A stretch of 64,000 bases of DNA from positions 96,001 through 160,000 of the IMG/VR virus record IMGVR_UViG_3300011226_000001. One strand, written 5' to 3'. The translations under genes and the position numbers were made by a program. Under the pieces are notes generated by a model, which had not been told where the DNA came from, ran no database searches, and saw only the letters and a list, made by a program, of their open reading frames with translations. This DNA is from a virus (lineage: Duplodnaviria > Caudoviricetes). Of this stretch, positions 1-9,093 are shown piece after piece (positions within the stretch are counted from its first letter, which is position 1; each line of letters begins with the position of its first letter).

Positions 1-710
1 TCATCAAGAGTCCACGTATAGTTGACGCCCATGATCTTGTTTGCTTTCTCACGGTCAAATGAGTGCAGACTGATATTCAGATGCGACAGTTTGCTTTCCA
101 GCATCACGTCTGTATTCAGATCGAGGAACGTCATCGTCTGATTATGCTTTTCAAGGAACTGACCGTTAGAAGTCAGACCCACTTTGTGCATACCAGCTTC
201 TGCACGAATACGGTCAATCGTTTCGAACAGATACTTCATGCGAAGCGTAGGTTCACCCCCAGAGATTGAGATGTGGTCGACACGATGGCCGTGCGTTTTG
301 ATTGCAGCCATCAGATTGTCTTGCCACTCTTTCTGCGGCGCTTTGTTTTCCATTTCTTTCTCAGGGCAGAAAGCACAATCAGCGTTACAGGTCACAGGCA
401 GGATAGCAGTGAAGTTGCGCAGTTCGTTAGGGATCTCACGCTCTTTCTTTTTCTTCTTGCCGTACTTACCTGCTTCCCACTTGTCGAGAAGTGCAGACTG
501 ATCGTGTTTGATAAGTTTCAAACACTCGGCGGGGTACCATGAAACACGACCATGATGTTTGACGTGCAGTGCGTACTCGTCTTTTTCATCCTGACGACCA
601 ACGACGATTGCTTCTTCACCTGCACCATCAAAATGCTTCATGGTCACAGGCAGAACGTTGGAGATACGAACAAGGTCGGTCAGGCGGAAAGTGTGCTTAA
701 TCTTTTTCAT
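1..710 (-). CDS. Radical SAM protein (partial; runs off window start)
   Basis: Not in the ORF track. Manual translation from ATG 710 (SD GAGGA 7 nt upstream) gives MKKIKHTF...ILPVTCNADCAFCPEK...ISISGGEPTL...LTSNG, i.e. CxxxCxxC, GGEP and T-x-NG motifs. Confidence 0.88.
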   Translation of the reverse strand, partial: MKKIKHTFRLTDLVRISNVLPVTMKHFDGAGEEAIVVGRQDEKDEYALHVKHHGRVSWYPAECLKLIKHDQSALLDKWEAGKYGKKKKKEREIPNELRNFTAILPVTCNADCAFCPEKEMENKAPQKEWQDNLMAAIKTHGHRVDHISISGGEPTLRMKYLFETIDRIRAEAGMHKVGLTSNGQFLEKHNQTMTFLDLNTDVMLESKLSHLNISLHSFDREKANKIMGVNYTWTLD

Positions 711-759
711 ATACATATCCTCATGTAAGTAGCTAAACGAGTGTCTAGCGTTCATCTCT

Positions 760-804
760 ATTATAGCATAAATCGAGCCAGTCTTGAATGGCTGTTTCGT
801 CCAG
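760..804 (-). promoter_or_regulatory. Early sigma70-type promoter with conserved upstream box
   Basis: Minus strand CTGGACGAAACAGCC-a-TTCAAG-17nt-TATAAT with TG extension; same layout at 5952, 9924 and 11067. Confidence 0.7.
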
Positions 805-812
805 AAATATGC

Positions 813-1355
813 TTAGTTAGAGTCCAGAAGTCGAATATAGCGAGAAGGTACGTGGTCAGTTAAGATGACCCCGTTCTCTGCTCGGTAGAACTTGTACCCG
901 TGAGTAATCATTGCCTGGGTGTCGATCTCAAATACAACAGGCACACCGTGACGTTGACCAACGCGTTTCGCTGTTTCAATATCGTTGCTGATATGGACGT
1001 GCTTGCGTTTGCGTTTCAGGATTCCTTCGTGCATGATTGAAGCAATATTCTTTTCAGCGGTGCCGTGATACAAAGACGAACAATCAGTCCACGGTGCAAG
1101 ATTGAGAATGACGTGTTCGACAGAATGACCTTGAACACAACGAATCTTGGACTTGTTCGAGTTAAACTCAAAACGACCTTTATCGTCCGCTTCTACTTCT
1201 TCGATCAGCATCTCTCTGGTCACTTGCTTTTTGTACTTCGCTTTCTGCAAGAAATCCAGAACAGACACCCAGCCTTGGGTGTCCATTGCGATGCCAATGT
1301 CCTGAGGTTTATGACGCAGAATATACGTCATGTATACGCCCAGTGACTTTGCCAT
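813..1355 (-). CDS. kptA: RNA 2'-phosphotransferase (Tpt1/KptA family)
   Basis: YILRHKP, KGRFE, IRCVQGHS, LYHGT and RKHVHIS motifs; 180 aa. Confidence 0.93.
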   Translation of the reverse strand: MAKSLGVYMTYILRHKPQDIGIAMDTQGWVSVLDFLQKAKYKKQVTREMLIEEVEADDKGRFEFNSNKSKIRCVQGHSVEHVILNLAPWTDCSSLYHGTAEKNIASIMHEGILKRKRKHVHISNDIETAKRVGQRHGVPVVFEIDTQAMITHGYKFYRAENGVILTDHVPSRYIRLLDSN

Positions 1356-1356
1356 G

Positions 1357-2409
1357 TTACTCTCCTTCTAAATGATCGTCGTTAGCTTGATACTCGAACT
1401 GCGGGTCGAACTGGCGCGTTTCGAAGTTGAAACCAAGTGATTTAGCAACGGCAACGAAGCACAACCACGCAGGTACATTAGACCAGCTCGTTTCACCTGC
1501 AGGAATCTCTGCGTCGTCTGCAACAGCGATAGCAGCCATACGCCAGTCATGCTCAGTCAAGCGACCGATAGTATCAACACAGGTCGGTGCTTTGTAATCA
1601 AGCACACCATCGAAGTGTGCCACCAGCTCCGCTTTTACGTGAGGGCTAAGACTTCGCAGGAACATAAAGATGCGATGCGTGTCGCTCACACAACCTAGCG
1701 GAATTGCTTTCTGGGCAGCTTTAACATTCGGGCTATACCACTCAGCCACCAGCACCCAGTTACTAAGCAACGTCATAGGCAGATCATCTTCTTTGACGTG
1801 CTCGGTGTTGCGATCATACCAGTTAGTAGATCCACCGTCTTCGTTTGATTCACAGAATGTCCAGCCTTCGCTGCTGTTAGGGAACAGACGGCCATAACGA
1901 ATCTGTTCATGCTCGTCGAGACACAGATACATACCGGCAATGTCAGGCGCTGTATCAGAACCTGCATGGGACAAATCAATATCGCGCAGACCGCAAACCC
2001 ACTGATTGAGTGCTTTGATCACATCACCGCGACTGCTATCACCACCAAGTATGTTTTTACGTCGCTCGTCTGCGAACTTGCGAGCGATCATAATCGGGCT
2101 ATTCAGTTCAGGCATGTTGTAATTGATGATACCCATTGCGTTCATCGCAAGGCCGAGCAGTTGAACGTTGGACAACGTTAAGTCATACTGCGCATTAGGT
2201 GCAGCAAGCGAAAGAATAGTGAACAGGTCAGAATGAGACAGTGCAGCAATGTCTTCGTCATGCAGCATGTTCGGAATAGATAGCTCTGCGCGATGGGCAT
2301 ACGCAATCGCGTTGATCGCATCAGCGATTTTACGCTGGTCATGCGAACTAAAGTTATCAAGCCAATCCAGAACATCTTCGTCAATCACTGATCCAGAAAT
2401 TGTGTTCAT
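1357..2409 (-). CDS. Hypothetical protein (350 aa)
   Basis: Long ORF tiling tightly with neighbours; no motif recognised. Confidence 0.75.
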   Translation of the reverse strand: MNTISGSVIDEDVLDWLDNFSSHDQRKIADAINAIAYAHRAELSIPNMLHDEDIAALSHSDLFTILSLAAPNAQYDLTLSNVQLLGLAMNAMGIINYNMPELNSPIMIARKFADERRKNILGGDSSRGDVIKALNQWVCGLRDIDLSHAGSDTAPDIAGMYLCLDEHEQIRYGRLFPNSSEGWTFCESNEDGGSTNWYDRNTEHVKEDDLPMTLLSNWVLVAEWYSPNVKAAQKAIPLGCVSDTHRIFMFLRSLSPHVKAELVAHFDGVLDYKAPTCVDTIGRLTEHDWRMAAIAVADDAEIPAGETSWSNVPAWLCFVAVAKSLGFNFETRQFDPQFEYQANDDHLEGE

Positions 2410-2705
2410 GCTATATCTCCAAGAAAAAGGATATCAGTTGCGGCGTCATGTATCTTGGCCGCAAACGTAAGTAAATCGTCAATGGCTTTCTTTACGTCCC
2501 TGTTCTCACACATTTGACGTGCTGCAAGGAGTGCCATCTCCGCCTGTGCTACGTCTACCACGATAGCGCGATACAACATCTCGCGCACAATCGCCTCGAC
2601 TTCGGGGAGGGCACCCAACATCTCTACTTGCATACTACGCAGAAACACTTTCCTGTCTAAAGAGGGCAATGCAGAAAACTCTTTGAGTTGTTGTTGGGTT
2701 ACCAT
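2406..2705 (-). CDS. Hypothetical protein
   Basis: 99 aa ORF, 4-nt overlap with downstream gene. Confidence 0.65.
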   Translation of the reverse strand: MVTQQQLKEFSALPSLDRKVFLRSMQVEMLGALPEVEAIVREMLYRAIVVDVAQAEMALLAARQMCENRDVKKAIDDLLTFAAKIHDAATDILFLGDIA

Positions 2706-2714
2706 GATGTTGCC

Positions 2715-3158
2715 TCAGTGATGCTTCACGTAAATGAACAGGTACTGATCGTCGTACTCAAAATCAAGCACACGATACACTGACTGGTTGATACTTATCG
2801 CAGGTGCTTTCTTTGTTTTGAGTCCGAACGCGTTGTAGTTACCAACCAGCACATCATGAAAGATACGAGCAATAGGAAATTCTTCATCGACACGAAAGCG
2901 AAGCGCTGCTACGTTTTCTTTGTGAGGGAAGATATCCACATGCGAATGATTAGCCTGAAACGCAGTGTACTTTGCCTGTAGACATTCGATGCGCATACGC
3001 TCAGGCATACCGTTAGCGTATATGTCAGTCAGTGCGTCGTAGTCAAAAGGCTTGAACATCAGGCGCCTGTCTACCGCTGCTCGGAACCACGGGATTGTCG
3101 CATAACACGCAAGCAACGGCGTCAGACAGATCAGTATTGTCGGCCAGTAGATTGTCAT
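2715..3158 (-). CDS. Hypothetical protein with N-terminal hydrophobic segment
   Basis: Likely start MTIYWPTILICL at 3158, overlapping the upstream stop. Confidence 0.6.
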   Translation of the reverse strand: MTIYWPTILICLTPLLACYATIPWFRAAVDRRLMFKPFDYDALTDIYANGMPERMRIECLQAKYTAFQANHSHVDIFPHKENVAALRFRVDEEFPIARIFHDVLVGNYNAFGLKTKKAPAISINQSVYRVLDFEYDDQYLFIYVKHH

Positions 3159-3595
3159 AGCGAACGCTCCTGTCTGTACATGGCACACTGCGTTGGGATT
3201 GTTTCGTCGTGGAACCAATAGAGACTTCCGTACGGCACTTCGGCATCAATACCAAATGGTTTGAATCCACCACGCTGTAGAAACTTTCTGAACTTAGGTG
3301 TCAGCACGTTTTCAATTTGGAGAATCCAGTCACGCTGCCGACACATTTCTTTAGTACGAGCGAGTAACTTCGAGAACTCGCCTTGGCCAGGATTAGTAAC
3401 ATCAATTGTTGCGAGAACAAGAACAGGTCGATTCCAGAGACATTGATACTGGGTGCGAAAACGCAAGTACATGCGAATGTTTTTCAACTCAGGGTGATGA
3501 TCTTGGACATGGTACGCAACGTTACCCCAGGCAGACGCAAGTGACTTGAGATACGCCCGTTCGAACTCACGGATCAGAATATCTATTTCGCTCAT
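3155..3595 (-). CDS. Putative GNAT-fold N-acetyltransferase
   Basis: LATIDVTNPGQGEFSKLL resembles GNAT motif A; C-terminal FLQRGGF. Confidence 0.5.
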   Translation of the reverse strand: MSEIDILIREFERAYLKSLASAWGNVAYHVQDHHPELKNIRMYLRFRTQYQCLWNRPVLVLATIDVTNPGQGEFSKLLARTKEMCRQRDWILQIENVLTPKFRKFLQRGGFKPFGIDAEVPYGSLYWFHDETIPTQCAMYRQERSL

Positions 3596-3607
3596 TACTA
3601 TTTCCTC

Positions 3608-4147
3608 TTAGGCTACTTTCGGTTTATTGTCGTAAACAGCTTTGATTGCTTTACGCAGTTCTTCGTAACGCTCTTTACCTTCCATGAACAACACTTCTTC
3701 AAACATGCGGGACAGTTCTGCGCTGCGGTGTATCAAGTGTGTTTTCAACCAGACACGTTGCGCATTGATAGGGTCTAAGTCAGGCCCACCGCATTCTTCG
3801 TTGTACGCACGAACATGTTCCTCGCTCATGCTATCGACATGCGCACACAACAGGTCGTTGACTGCTTCTTCGTGTGAGTCATGCGCGAAGTCTTCTTCGT
3901 CTTGCGAGTCAATAGGACCGCCATTCATCTGACGCTCAATCTCATAGGCTGCTTTCGAACCAGTCATGCAGGAACCTTCGATTTCATTAACGCAGAAAAG
4001 CGGATAATGGCCACGCACGTCAAACGTTTTGCCTTTTGCACGGAAGCGCACAGCCATGCTACCGATGATTCGAACTTCTTCAACAGCACGAACGTCTTTC
4101 AGATTGGTCATCATCGCTTGGATGATATGAGTGATTTGATCTAACAT
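3608..4147 (-). CDS. Hypothetical protein
   Basis: Start moved to MLDQITH (4147) with GGGG SD; the longer ORF overlaps the 4203-4607 gene. Confidence 0.65.
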   Translation of the reverse strand: MLDQITHIIQAMMTNLKDVRAVEEVRIIGSMAVRFRAKGKTFDVRGHYPLFCVNEIEGSCMTGSKAAYEIERQMNGGPIDSQDEEDFAHDSHEEAVNDLLCAHVDSMSEEHVRAYNEECGGPDLDPINAQRVWLKTHLIHRSAELSRMFEEVLFMEGKERYEELRKAIKAVYDNKPKVA

Positions 4148-4202
4148 GATTTTCCCCTTAAATGTAGAATGGGACACCCACCTATGTGAGCATCCCTTGT
4201 TG

Positions 4203-4607
4203 TTATTCGTCGCGTTCAAGCAGATCGCCGTGAACTGCTTCATCGAAAGGCACGTACTGTTTGCACTCAGTGCCTTTAGGGTAGACGAACATTGTTGTAT
4301 CAGAACGATGTTCATACGTGTCAGGTTCAATGACACACAGCGCTTCGATTGCTGCGTTATCGACAGCACGGAAGATTGGAATCCACTCGTCTGTCTCATA
4401 CAGATACGTCCACTCAGTATCGGCCCAACCCTCAAGATCTGAGAGGTTAGCAATATGCGACTGCTGAATCACTTGCTCGGTCGCGGAGAGTGCAACGTAA
4501 CGAACTTTCTGCGGGGTGAAGCCTAAGAACGGGCTGTCACGCAGTTCGAGTTCATTCTCGATTTCTTTCAGCGTGTACACTCGGCCGCGTTGTGGATATT
4601 GTTTCAT
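4203..4607 (-). CDS. Hypothetical early protein
   Basis: 134 aa, preceded by SD hairpin TAAGCTGAGGAGCTTA. Confidence 0.75.
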   Translation of the reverse strand: MKQYPQRGRVYTLKEIENELELRDSPFLGFTPQKVRYVALSATEQVIQQSHIANLSDLEGWADTEWTYLYETDEWIPIFRAVDNAAIEALCVIEPDTYEHRSDTTMFVYPKGTECKQYVPFDEAVHGDLLERDE

Positions 4608-4609
4608 GT

Positions 4610-4670
4610 TAAGCTCCTCAGCTTATGGGTTATGTTGACAGCAGGCTCTCGTAAGAACCTGCGAGCAACA
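4610..4670 (-). repeat. Intergenic module, copy 1 (long stem plus SD hairpin)
   Basis: Long imperfect stem followed by TAAGCT-GAGG-AGCTTA-ac-ATG. Confidence 0.75.
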
Positions 4671-4671
4671 A

Positions 4672-5025
4672 TCACCGTTTAGGCATACACGCTTCGACTG
4701 CACCAGCGATGCGCTGCAACGTTGAGAACGAATCTTTCTGGCGCTCAATCTGAATCACTGCATCACCGTGTATGATTTCGAAGTCTTCCACGATATCTTC
4801 ACGCAGAACTTCGGACGGCATCAGTATACGCACAGTGCTAATACCGAATGCGTTGTTGCCACCAGCGCGATAAGCAACGTCGATGTGACGACCTTTAATG
4901 TGATGACGAAACTCAAGATCACCGCGCGACACACAGAAAGAGATCGCGTTGCATACTTGCAAGAAAGCGTTATTGCTCAGGTCATCAAAAGCGCGGGCGT
5001 CGATAGGTAATTCAGTTGCTGGCAT
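4672..5025 (-). CDS. Hypothetical early protein
   Basis: 117 aa, same SD hairpin. Confidence 0.75.
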   Translation of the reverse strand: MPATELPIDARAFDDLSNNAFLQVCNAISFCVSRGDLEFRHHIKGRHIDVAYRAGGNNAFGISTVRILMPSEVLREDIVEDFEIIHGDAVIQIERQKDSFSTLQRIAGAVEACMPKR

Positions 5026-5027
5026 GT

Positions 5028-5087
5028 TAAGCTCCTCAGCTTATGGTTTGATTTTCAAAGGGCACTCGTAAATGCCCTTCACAAATC
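5028..5087 (-). repeat. Intergenic module, copy 2
   Basis: GATTTGTGAAGGGCA..TGCCCTTTGAAAATC stem plus SD hairpin. Confidence 0.75.
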
Positions 5088-5405
5088 TTAGCGGTGGTGC
5101 GCTACTTTCAGATACAGACAAGTAGAGGGGAAATGCTCAGTGCCATTCTCAACGGCGTCACGACAGCGAATGTGCTCATGCGTTTCATGACGAGCGATCA
5201 GCATGTTAAGCATCGACTGATCGAAGCGTGACATTGCACCCACGATGTTTGAGTCACCCATCAGACGCAGCGCTTTAACGTCGCTGAATGTTATGTCTCT
5301 GTTTTCGGCGAGACCCAGATACGCAGGAACAACGCCGTTACCGATAGAGACTTCCAGAGTAGTCATTTCTGGGAAGATGAAAGTCAGAGTAGTAGATGAT
5401 GACAT
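5088..5405 (-). CDS. Hypothetical early protein
   Basis: 105 aa, same SD hairpin. Confidence 0.75.
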   Translation of the reverse strand: MSSSTTLTFIFPEMTTLEVSIGNGVVPAYLGLAENRDITFSDVKALRLMGDSNIVGAMSRFDQSMLNMLIARHETHEHIRCRDAVENGTEHFPSTCLYLKVAHHR

Positions 5406-5407
5406 GT

Positions 5408-5471
5408 TAAGCTCCTCAGCTTAGGTTGTTTGGATTTTCATAGAGCACTCAGCGAATGCTCTACACAAATC
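5408..5471 (-). repeat. Intergenic module, copy 3
   Basis: GATTTGTGTAGAGCA..TGCTCTATGAAAATC stem plus SD hairpin. Confidence 0.75.
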
Positions 5472-5473
5472 AC

Positions 5474-5905
5474 TTACAGTTCAGGCAACCAGTAGTTCAG
5501 GCGATCTACGAAAGTTTCGTACATGCGCGGGTTACCGTTTTCAACAGTGACATGCTCAAGCATTTCATCGTCAATATCAGAAACAACCAACGAATACGAA
5601 TTGGTCCAGTCGTCGTACATGTTGTCTTCATGTGGCACGGTCAGTATGATTTCCCAAACGCCCTTGTCAGTTGGTTCATCTGGGTCGCGATTAACATAAC
5701 CAATACGAACATGAATCAGGCGGTCACTGATATTTTCAGCAACATCGTTAGGCACGTCGCCACCGTCATATGCGTCCAGCGTAACTTCAATATCGTCACG
5801 GCCAAGTGCGGCGATAAGATTGTCACGCAGGTTTTCCATATGCGCAACAGTCAGGTTAGCAGTAAAGTCAGCAGGCGTTTTCAGATCAGCGATTGAAATA
5901 GTCAT
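5474..5905 (-). CDS. Acidic early protein
   Basis: Start MTISIADL at 5905 after SD hairpin; D/E-rich; first gene after an early promoter. Confidence 0.75.
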   Translation of the reverse strand: MTISIADLKTPADFTANLTVAHMENLRDNLIAALGRDDIEVTLDAYDGGDVPNDVAENISDRLIHVRIGYVNRDPDEPTDKGVWEIILTVPHEDNMYDDWTNSYSLVVSDIDDEMLEHVTVENGNPRMYETFVDRLNYWLPEL

Positions 5906-5951
5906 AATAAGCTCCTCAGCTTGTGTTGTAATGAGCACTGCGCTCACGTTT

Positions 5952-5997
5952 ATTATAACATAGGTCAGTCTCTGAATGAAACGGCTATTTTAGCCAG
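5952..5997 (-). promoter_or_regulatory. Early sigma70-type promoter with upstream box
   Basis: CTGGCTAAAATAGCC..TTCATT-17nt-TATAAT (TG extended). Confidence 0.7.
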
Positions 5998-6315
5998 TTA
6001 TTTGCAGAGTTCAGCAGATTGCAGGGCTTCTGTAGTCTCGTCTGTTTTGAGTACGCGCTCAATATACAGCGTAAATCTTTCAGGCTCGAAAGAAGACCAA
6101 ATAAGCAGATTAACGCAGTCGAACCACTGTAGGCTACCGCACGTCTTGTTGCAGACTTTGACCACATTTGTGGCATTGAGCTTGATAGGCACTTTCGTTT
6201 TAGTACGGCTATCAAGCAGAAACGCCTGCATATCACATTTAGGCAAGATAGGCAGATTCAGATTACCTTCCCTTGTGCTCAGTTCGATACAGGCCAGATA
6301 CTTTAGATTGTCCAT
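5998..6315 (-). CDS. Hypothetical protein
   Basis: 105 aa ORF overlapping the upstream gene end. Confidence 0.55.
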   Translation of the reverse strand: MDNLKYLACIELSTREGNLNLPILPKCDMQAFLLDSRTKTKVPIKLNATNVVKVCNKTCGSLQWFDCVNLLIWSSFEPERFTLYIERVLKTDETTEALQSAELCK

Positions 6316-6938
6316 TGATTATACCAGAGTGGTCGTTCGTGGAATAACATGGCCAATGCGATAACGAACGCGTGTCCGAATTTTGCATTGTCGTTTTGAA
6401 TGGCGGAAAGCCAAGGGTTACGCGATTCAGGATAGGCTTTCTGAATATCGTAGGTGTCATAGTCGCGTAAAACTATGTGAGCACCTTTCTTATATTCTTT
6501 CAACAGGCGCTTGAACTTCGGTTGCTGCACCACCAGCTTTGTGTACTCCGGCACATAGATTTGTTTTCGTGCGGGAATGTACGAAAGGCGCAAGTCGCCC
6601 CATCTGGAGAACAGAGCCTTTTGGCCTTTCCCCATAGGATAGCGATGCGCCTGTTTTGTTGTGCTGCCTTTTAAGTGCCACTTCCACCAGTCGGCAGATA
6701 TCTCACCGTGGAACAGGTCATTCGAATTGACGAGATGTTCTTCGTAGACCTTGCTGTACTGCCAGAGGTTTTCCATGTTGAGGAACATCGTACCGTCAGG
6801 TGTACGACATGGCCCTAAATGAAAGGGACTCAGCGAGCCCCATTCTTCGTCTTTCGACACGGGCGTTATATCTAAGTCACATGACTTTGGTTGTTTGTCC
6901 TTTAATGACAACACCGTTACAATCCCGAGGCGTTTCAT
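6303..6938 (-). CDS. DUF6939-like protein (possibly NADAR-related)
   Basis: LSPF..., MENLWQYSKVY, LSYIPARKQIYVPEY, LRDYD and FGHA motifs recalled from DUF6939. Confidence 0.6.
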   Translation of the reverse strand: MKRLGIVTVLSLKDKQPKSCDLDITPVSKDEEWGSLSPFHLGPCRTPDGTMFLNMENLWQYSKVYEEHLVNSNDLFHGEISADWWKWHLKGSTTKQAHRYPMGKGQKALFSRWGDLRLSYIPARKQIYVPEYTKLVVQQPKFKRLLKEYKKGAHIVLRDYDTYDIQKAYPESRNPWLSAIQNDNAKFGHAFVIALAMLFHERPLWYNQWTI

Positions 6939-7239
6939 AGTGTCTCCGAACTAAATATGTTTCGAACATCTGGCCGCGATAGTCTTCGAAAACGTATCGC
7001 CAGACATGCGCGTCTGTCTTTTCCATCAGGCGGATCTTGAAGTCAGCGCGTCCTGCTTTGAGCACGTTGTACGGTGTGTAAGTGTCGTATGCAGCACCAA
7101 CATCAATCAGAGGCATCATCTTGAGCACGTCAGACGAATCGACAGTGATCATGTTAGGCTGCTTCATGAAGTTGTACGCGGTGATCTTTAAGCGATGCTG
7201 CACACCATACAGCTTGCAGTAGATATGCGTGTCGGTCAT
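6877..7239 (-). CDS. Hypothetical protein
   Basis: 120 aa ORF in operon. Confidence 0.6.
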   Translation of the reverse strand: MTDTHIYCKLYGVQHRLKITAYNFMKQPNMITVDSSDVLKMMPLIDVGAAYDTYTPYNVLKAGRADFKIRLMEKTDAHVWRYVFEDYRGQMFETYLVRRHYETPRDCNGVVIKGQTTKVM

Positions 7240-7481
7240 TCAAGCGTCCCGTAGTCAATGCCATGCTTGTCGCATAGTTCCGCCACTGCGCGTTCAATAG
7301 CACCAGAGCGTGTGGTCTTGAGTTTGATCGCCAGCATGTTCACAGCGTTGTGCAATTCTCTGGTTGTTGCTGCGCTTAACGTGCTTCGACGTGGGTTCGT
7401 TTTCTTACGTGCCTCGATGTTCTCTTTCGAGGTGACGGCGAAGCGAGCGCCCAGTGAAGCGCCCAGTGTTGGTTTGGTCAT
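7236..7481 (-). CDS. Putative ribbon-helix-helix DNA-binding protein
   Basis: STLSAATTRELHNAVNMLAIKLKTTRSGAIERAVAEL fits the strand-helix-helix RHH pattern. Confidence 0.55.
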   Translation of the reverse strand: MTKPTLGASLGARFAVTSKENIEARKKTNPRRSTLSAATTRELHNAVNMLAIKLKTTRSGAIERAVAELCDKHGIDYGTLE

Positions 7482-7846
7482 GAGACAATCTCCAGTTGAG
7501 TGTGGAAGCGCTTGAGTTGGTCTGCATCCATCTCAAGCTGGCGACCGAAGTAGCGAATGCTTGGGTCCTGTGAGTTGTTGACCATAGCTGTAGTGAGTTC
7601 GGTGAATGGCAACACATATGCAGTCACATCACGCGGTGCATCGAAGTCTACCTGACGGATGCCTGGCTCTACACTTGGTTGATAGGTCAGTTCTGAAACG
7701 CACAGCACCTGCTTTGTTTCACGAACAACGAGAAAGACACAGCGAGCACGGCGCAGTGACGAAACGATGTTGAATTTAGACTGAAAGAAGCGACGGTCCT
7801 CAAGCTCTGCCTGAGTGACGTTGAAGACGATAACGAAGCGGCGCAT
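7478..7846 (-). CDS. Hypothetical protein (paralogue of 9094-9588)
   Basis: Start MRRFVIV at 7846, downstream of a CTGTAAATA motif. Confidence 0.65.
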   Translation of the reverse strand: MRRFVIVFNVTQAELEDRRFFQSKFNIVSSLRRARCVFLVVRETKQVLCVSELTYQPSVEPGIRQVDFDAPRDVTAYVLPFTELTTAMVNNSQDPSIRYFGRQLEMDADQLKRFHTQLEIVS

Positions 7847-7891
7847 TGTATATCTCGCATTGTTGTTTGTGTGCGTGATATTTACAGAAAT

Positions 7892-7921
7892 GAAAAAGGG
7901 CCACCAGCAATGGCAGCCCTT
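7892..7921 (-). terminator. Intrinsic terminator
   Basis: AGGGCTGCCA..TGGTGGCCCT stem followed by TTTT. Confidence 0.6.
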
Positions 7922-7925
7922 GAGT

Positions 7926-8150
7926 TTAGACTTCGAGTGTTTCTTCGTTCTTGAGACCGTGTGTGCGACAGAATGCTTGCCACGCTTTTTCAACTTCACG
8001 GTCTTCGACGAATTTGATACGACATGAGTAAGCTGTTTTGACCGAGGCCATCACCTGCTTCTTCTTGGGGAACTGTTCACGCCATGCCATAGCAACAGGC
8101 GTCAGCACCAGATGCAGATACTCATTGAGTTCAGTAGGTGTCATTAGCAA
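7926..8150 (-). CDS. Hypothetical protein
   Basis: 74 aa ORF with GGAGG SD. Confidence 0.55.
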   Translation of the reverse strand: MLMTPTELNEYLHLVLTPVAMAWREQFPKKKQVMASVKTAYSCRIKFVEDREVEKAWQAFCRTHGLKNEETLEV

Positions 8151-8407
8151 TAGTCCTCCGAGCCGTCTTGATCTTCACGCGCCGCAGCTTCTTCGTCTAA
8201 GCGATCATAGTGCGCCTGACGGTCAGCTTCCATCTCGTCGGCAACACGCGCATCATTTTGATAGTCGAGAATCATATCTATCAGTTCTTCACGATCTGGC
8301 GCGTCTTGCTCAGGCGCCAAGTCGTCTAACAGGCCGAGACGCTCTGCTTCGTTGCACAGGTCGGTCAGTTGCATTGCATTCATTTGATCACGGTCAAGGC
8401 TCATAGC
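8144..8407 (-). CDS. Small, highly acidic protein
   Basis: D/E-rich ORF; GGAG SD favours a start at MSLDRDQ, about 8404-8407 (approximate). Confidence 0.6.
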   Translation of the reverse strand, partial: AMSLDRDQMNAMQLTDLCNEAERLGLLDDLAPEQDAPDREELIDMILDYQNDARVADEMEADRQAHYDRLDEEAAAREDQDGSEDYC

Positions 8408-8452
8408 ATTCTCCAAATAGAAAAGCCCCGCGACATGCAGGGCGTTGGTTGT

Positions 8453-9046
8453 TTACAGATAGACTTGCATTGCGTTCTTGCCGTCAGAGATAACAGCAAG
8501 CTGGCTCAGGCGATGGCGGAAGATAGCGTAAGGCATACCTTCTTCGCGTTTGCCGCGTGTAATCAGAGACACAACCTTGAAGTTCATGCGCGTCATACGA
8601 CGTTTAAACGTCGCAGTGTTGAACAGACCACACACGTATTGAGCGATACACACGCGAGCCTCATAAGGCAGCGTCACACTGTATTCACTGCTCAGGTCAG
8701 ACACGATGTTGAAGCGAGGCACGTCGGCCAGCAGTCTAGGCTGCTCAACTTCAATCGCCATGCTTTCAGGCTCGTCGTACTGATACTCACGAATCAGTGT
8801 CGCGTCGATAGGCGTCTTGTCTTTGAACACGATCTTAACGCGATCTTTATCGACAACATGCAACATGAGATCAGTCAGTGCATAGGCTTTTGCGCTGCCC
8901 TGCTCTTTGCCTGTAGTGTACAGCACGGTGATCTCACACTCGCAGAACGCTTCGAAGTGAGGGCGTTTAAGCAGAATCTCGCCGGTCGCCAGAGTAGTGT
9001 CGTTTGTTTTGATGAATGCAACCATGGTCATAGTCGTATCTCTCAT
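8453..9046 (-). CDS. Hypothetical protein (paralogue of 9980-10600)
   Basis: 197 aa; shared N-terminal and PRF...QY blocks. Confidence 0.7.
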   Translation of the reverse strand: MRDTTMTMVAFIKTNDTTLATGEILLKRPHFEAFCECEITVLYTTGKEQGSAKAYALTDLMLHVVDKDRVKIVFKDKTPIDATLIREYQYDEPESMAIEVEQPRLLADVPRFNIVSDLSSEYSVTLPYEARVCIAQYVCGLFNTATFKRRMTRMNFKVVSLITRGKREEGMPYAIFRHRLSQLAVISDGKNAMQVYL

Positions 9047-9093
9047 TTGATTTGATAATGAGCGGCGCCGTAACGCCGCAGTTTGTTTAGTGC

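Noticed and set aside
4605-5922. Recurrent AAGCTCCTCAGCTT as a CRISPR repeat or integron attC
   Set aside because: Copies are separated by whole genes and coincide with RBSs; no attC core sites or integrase were recognised.
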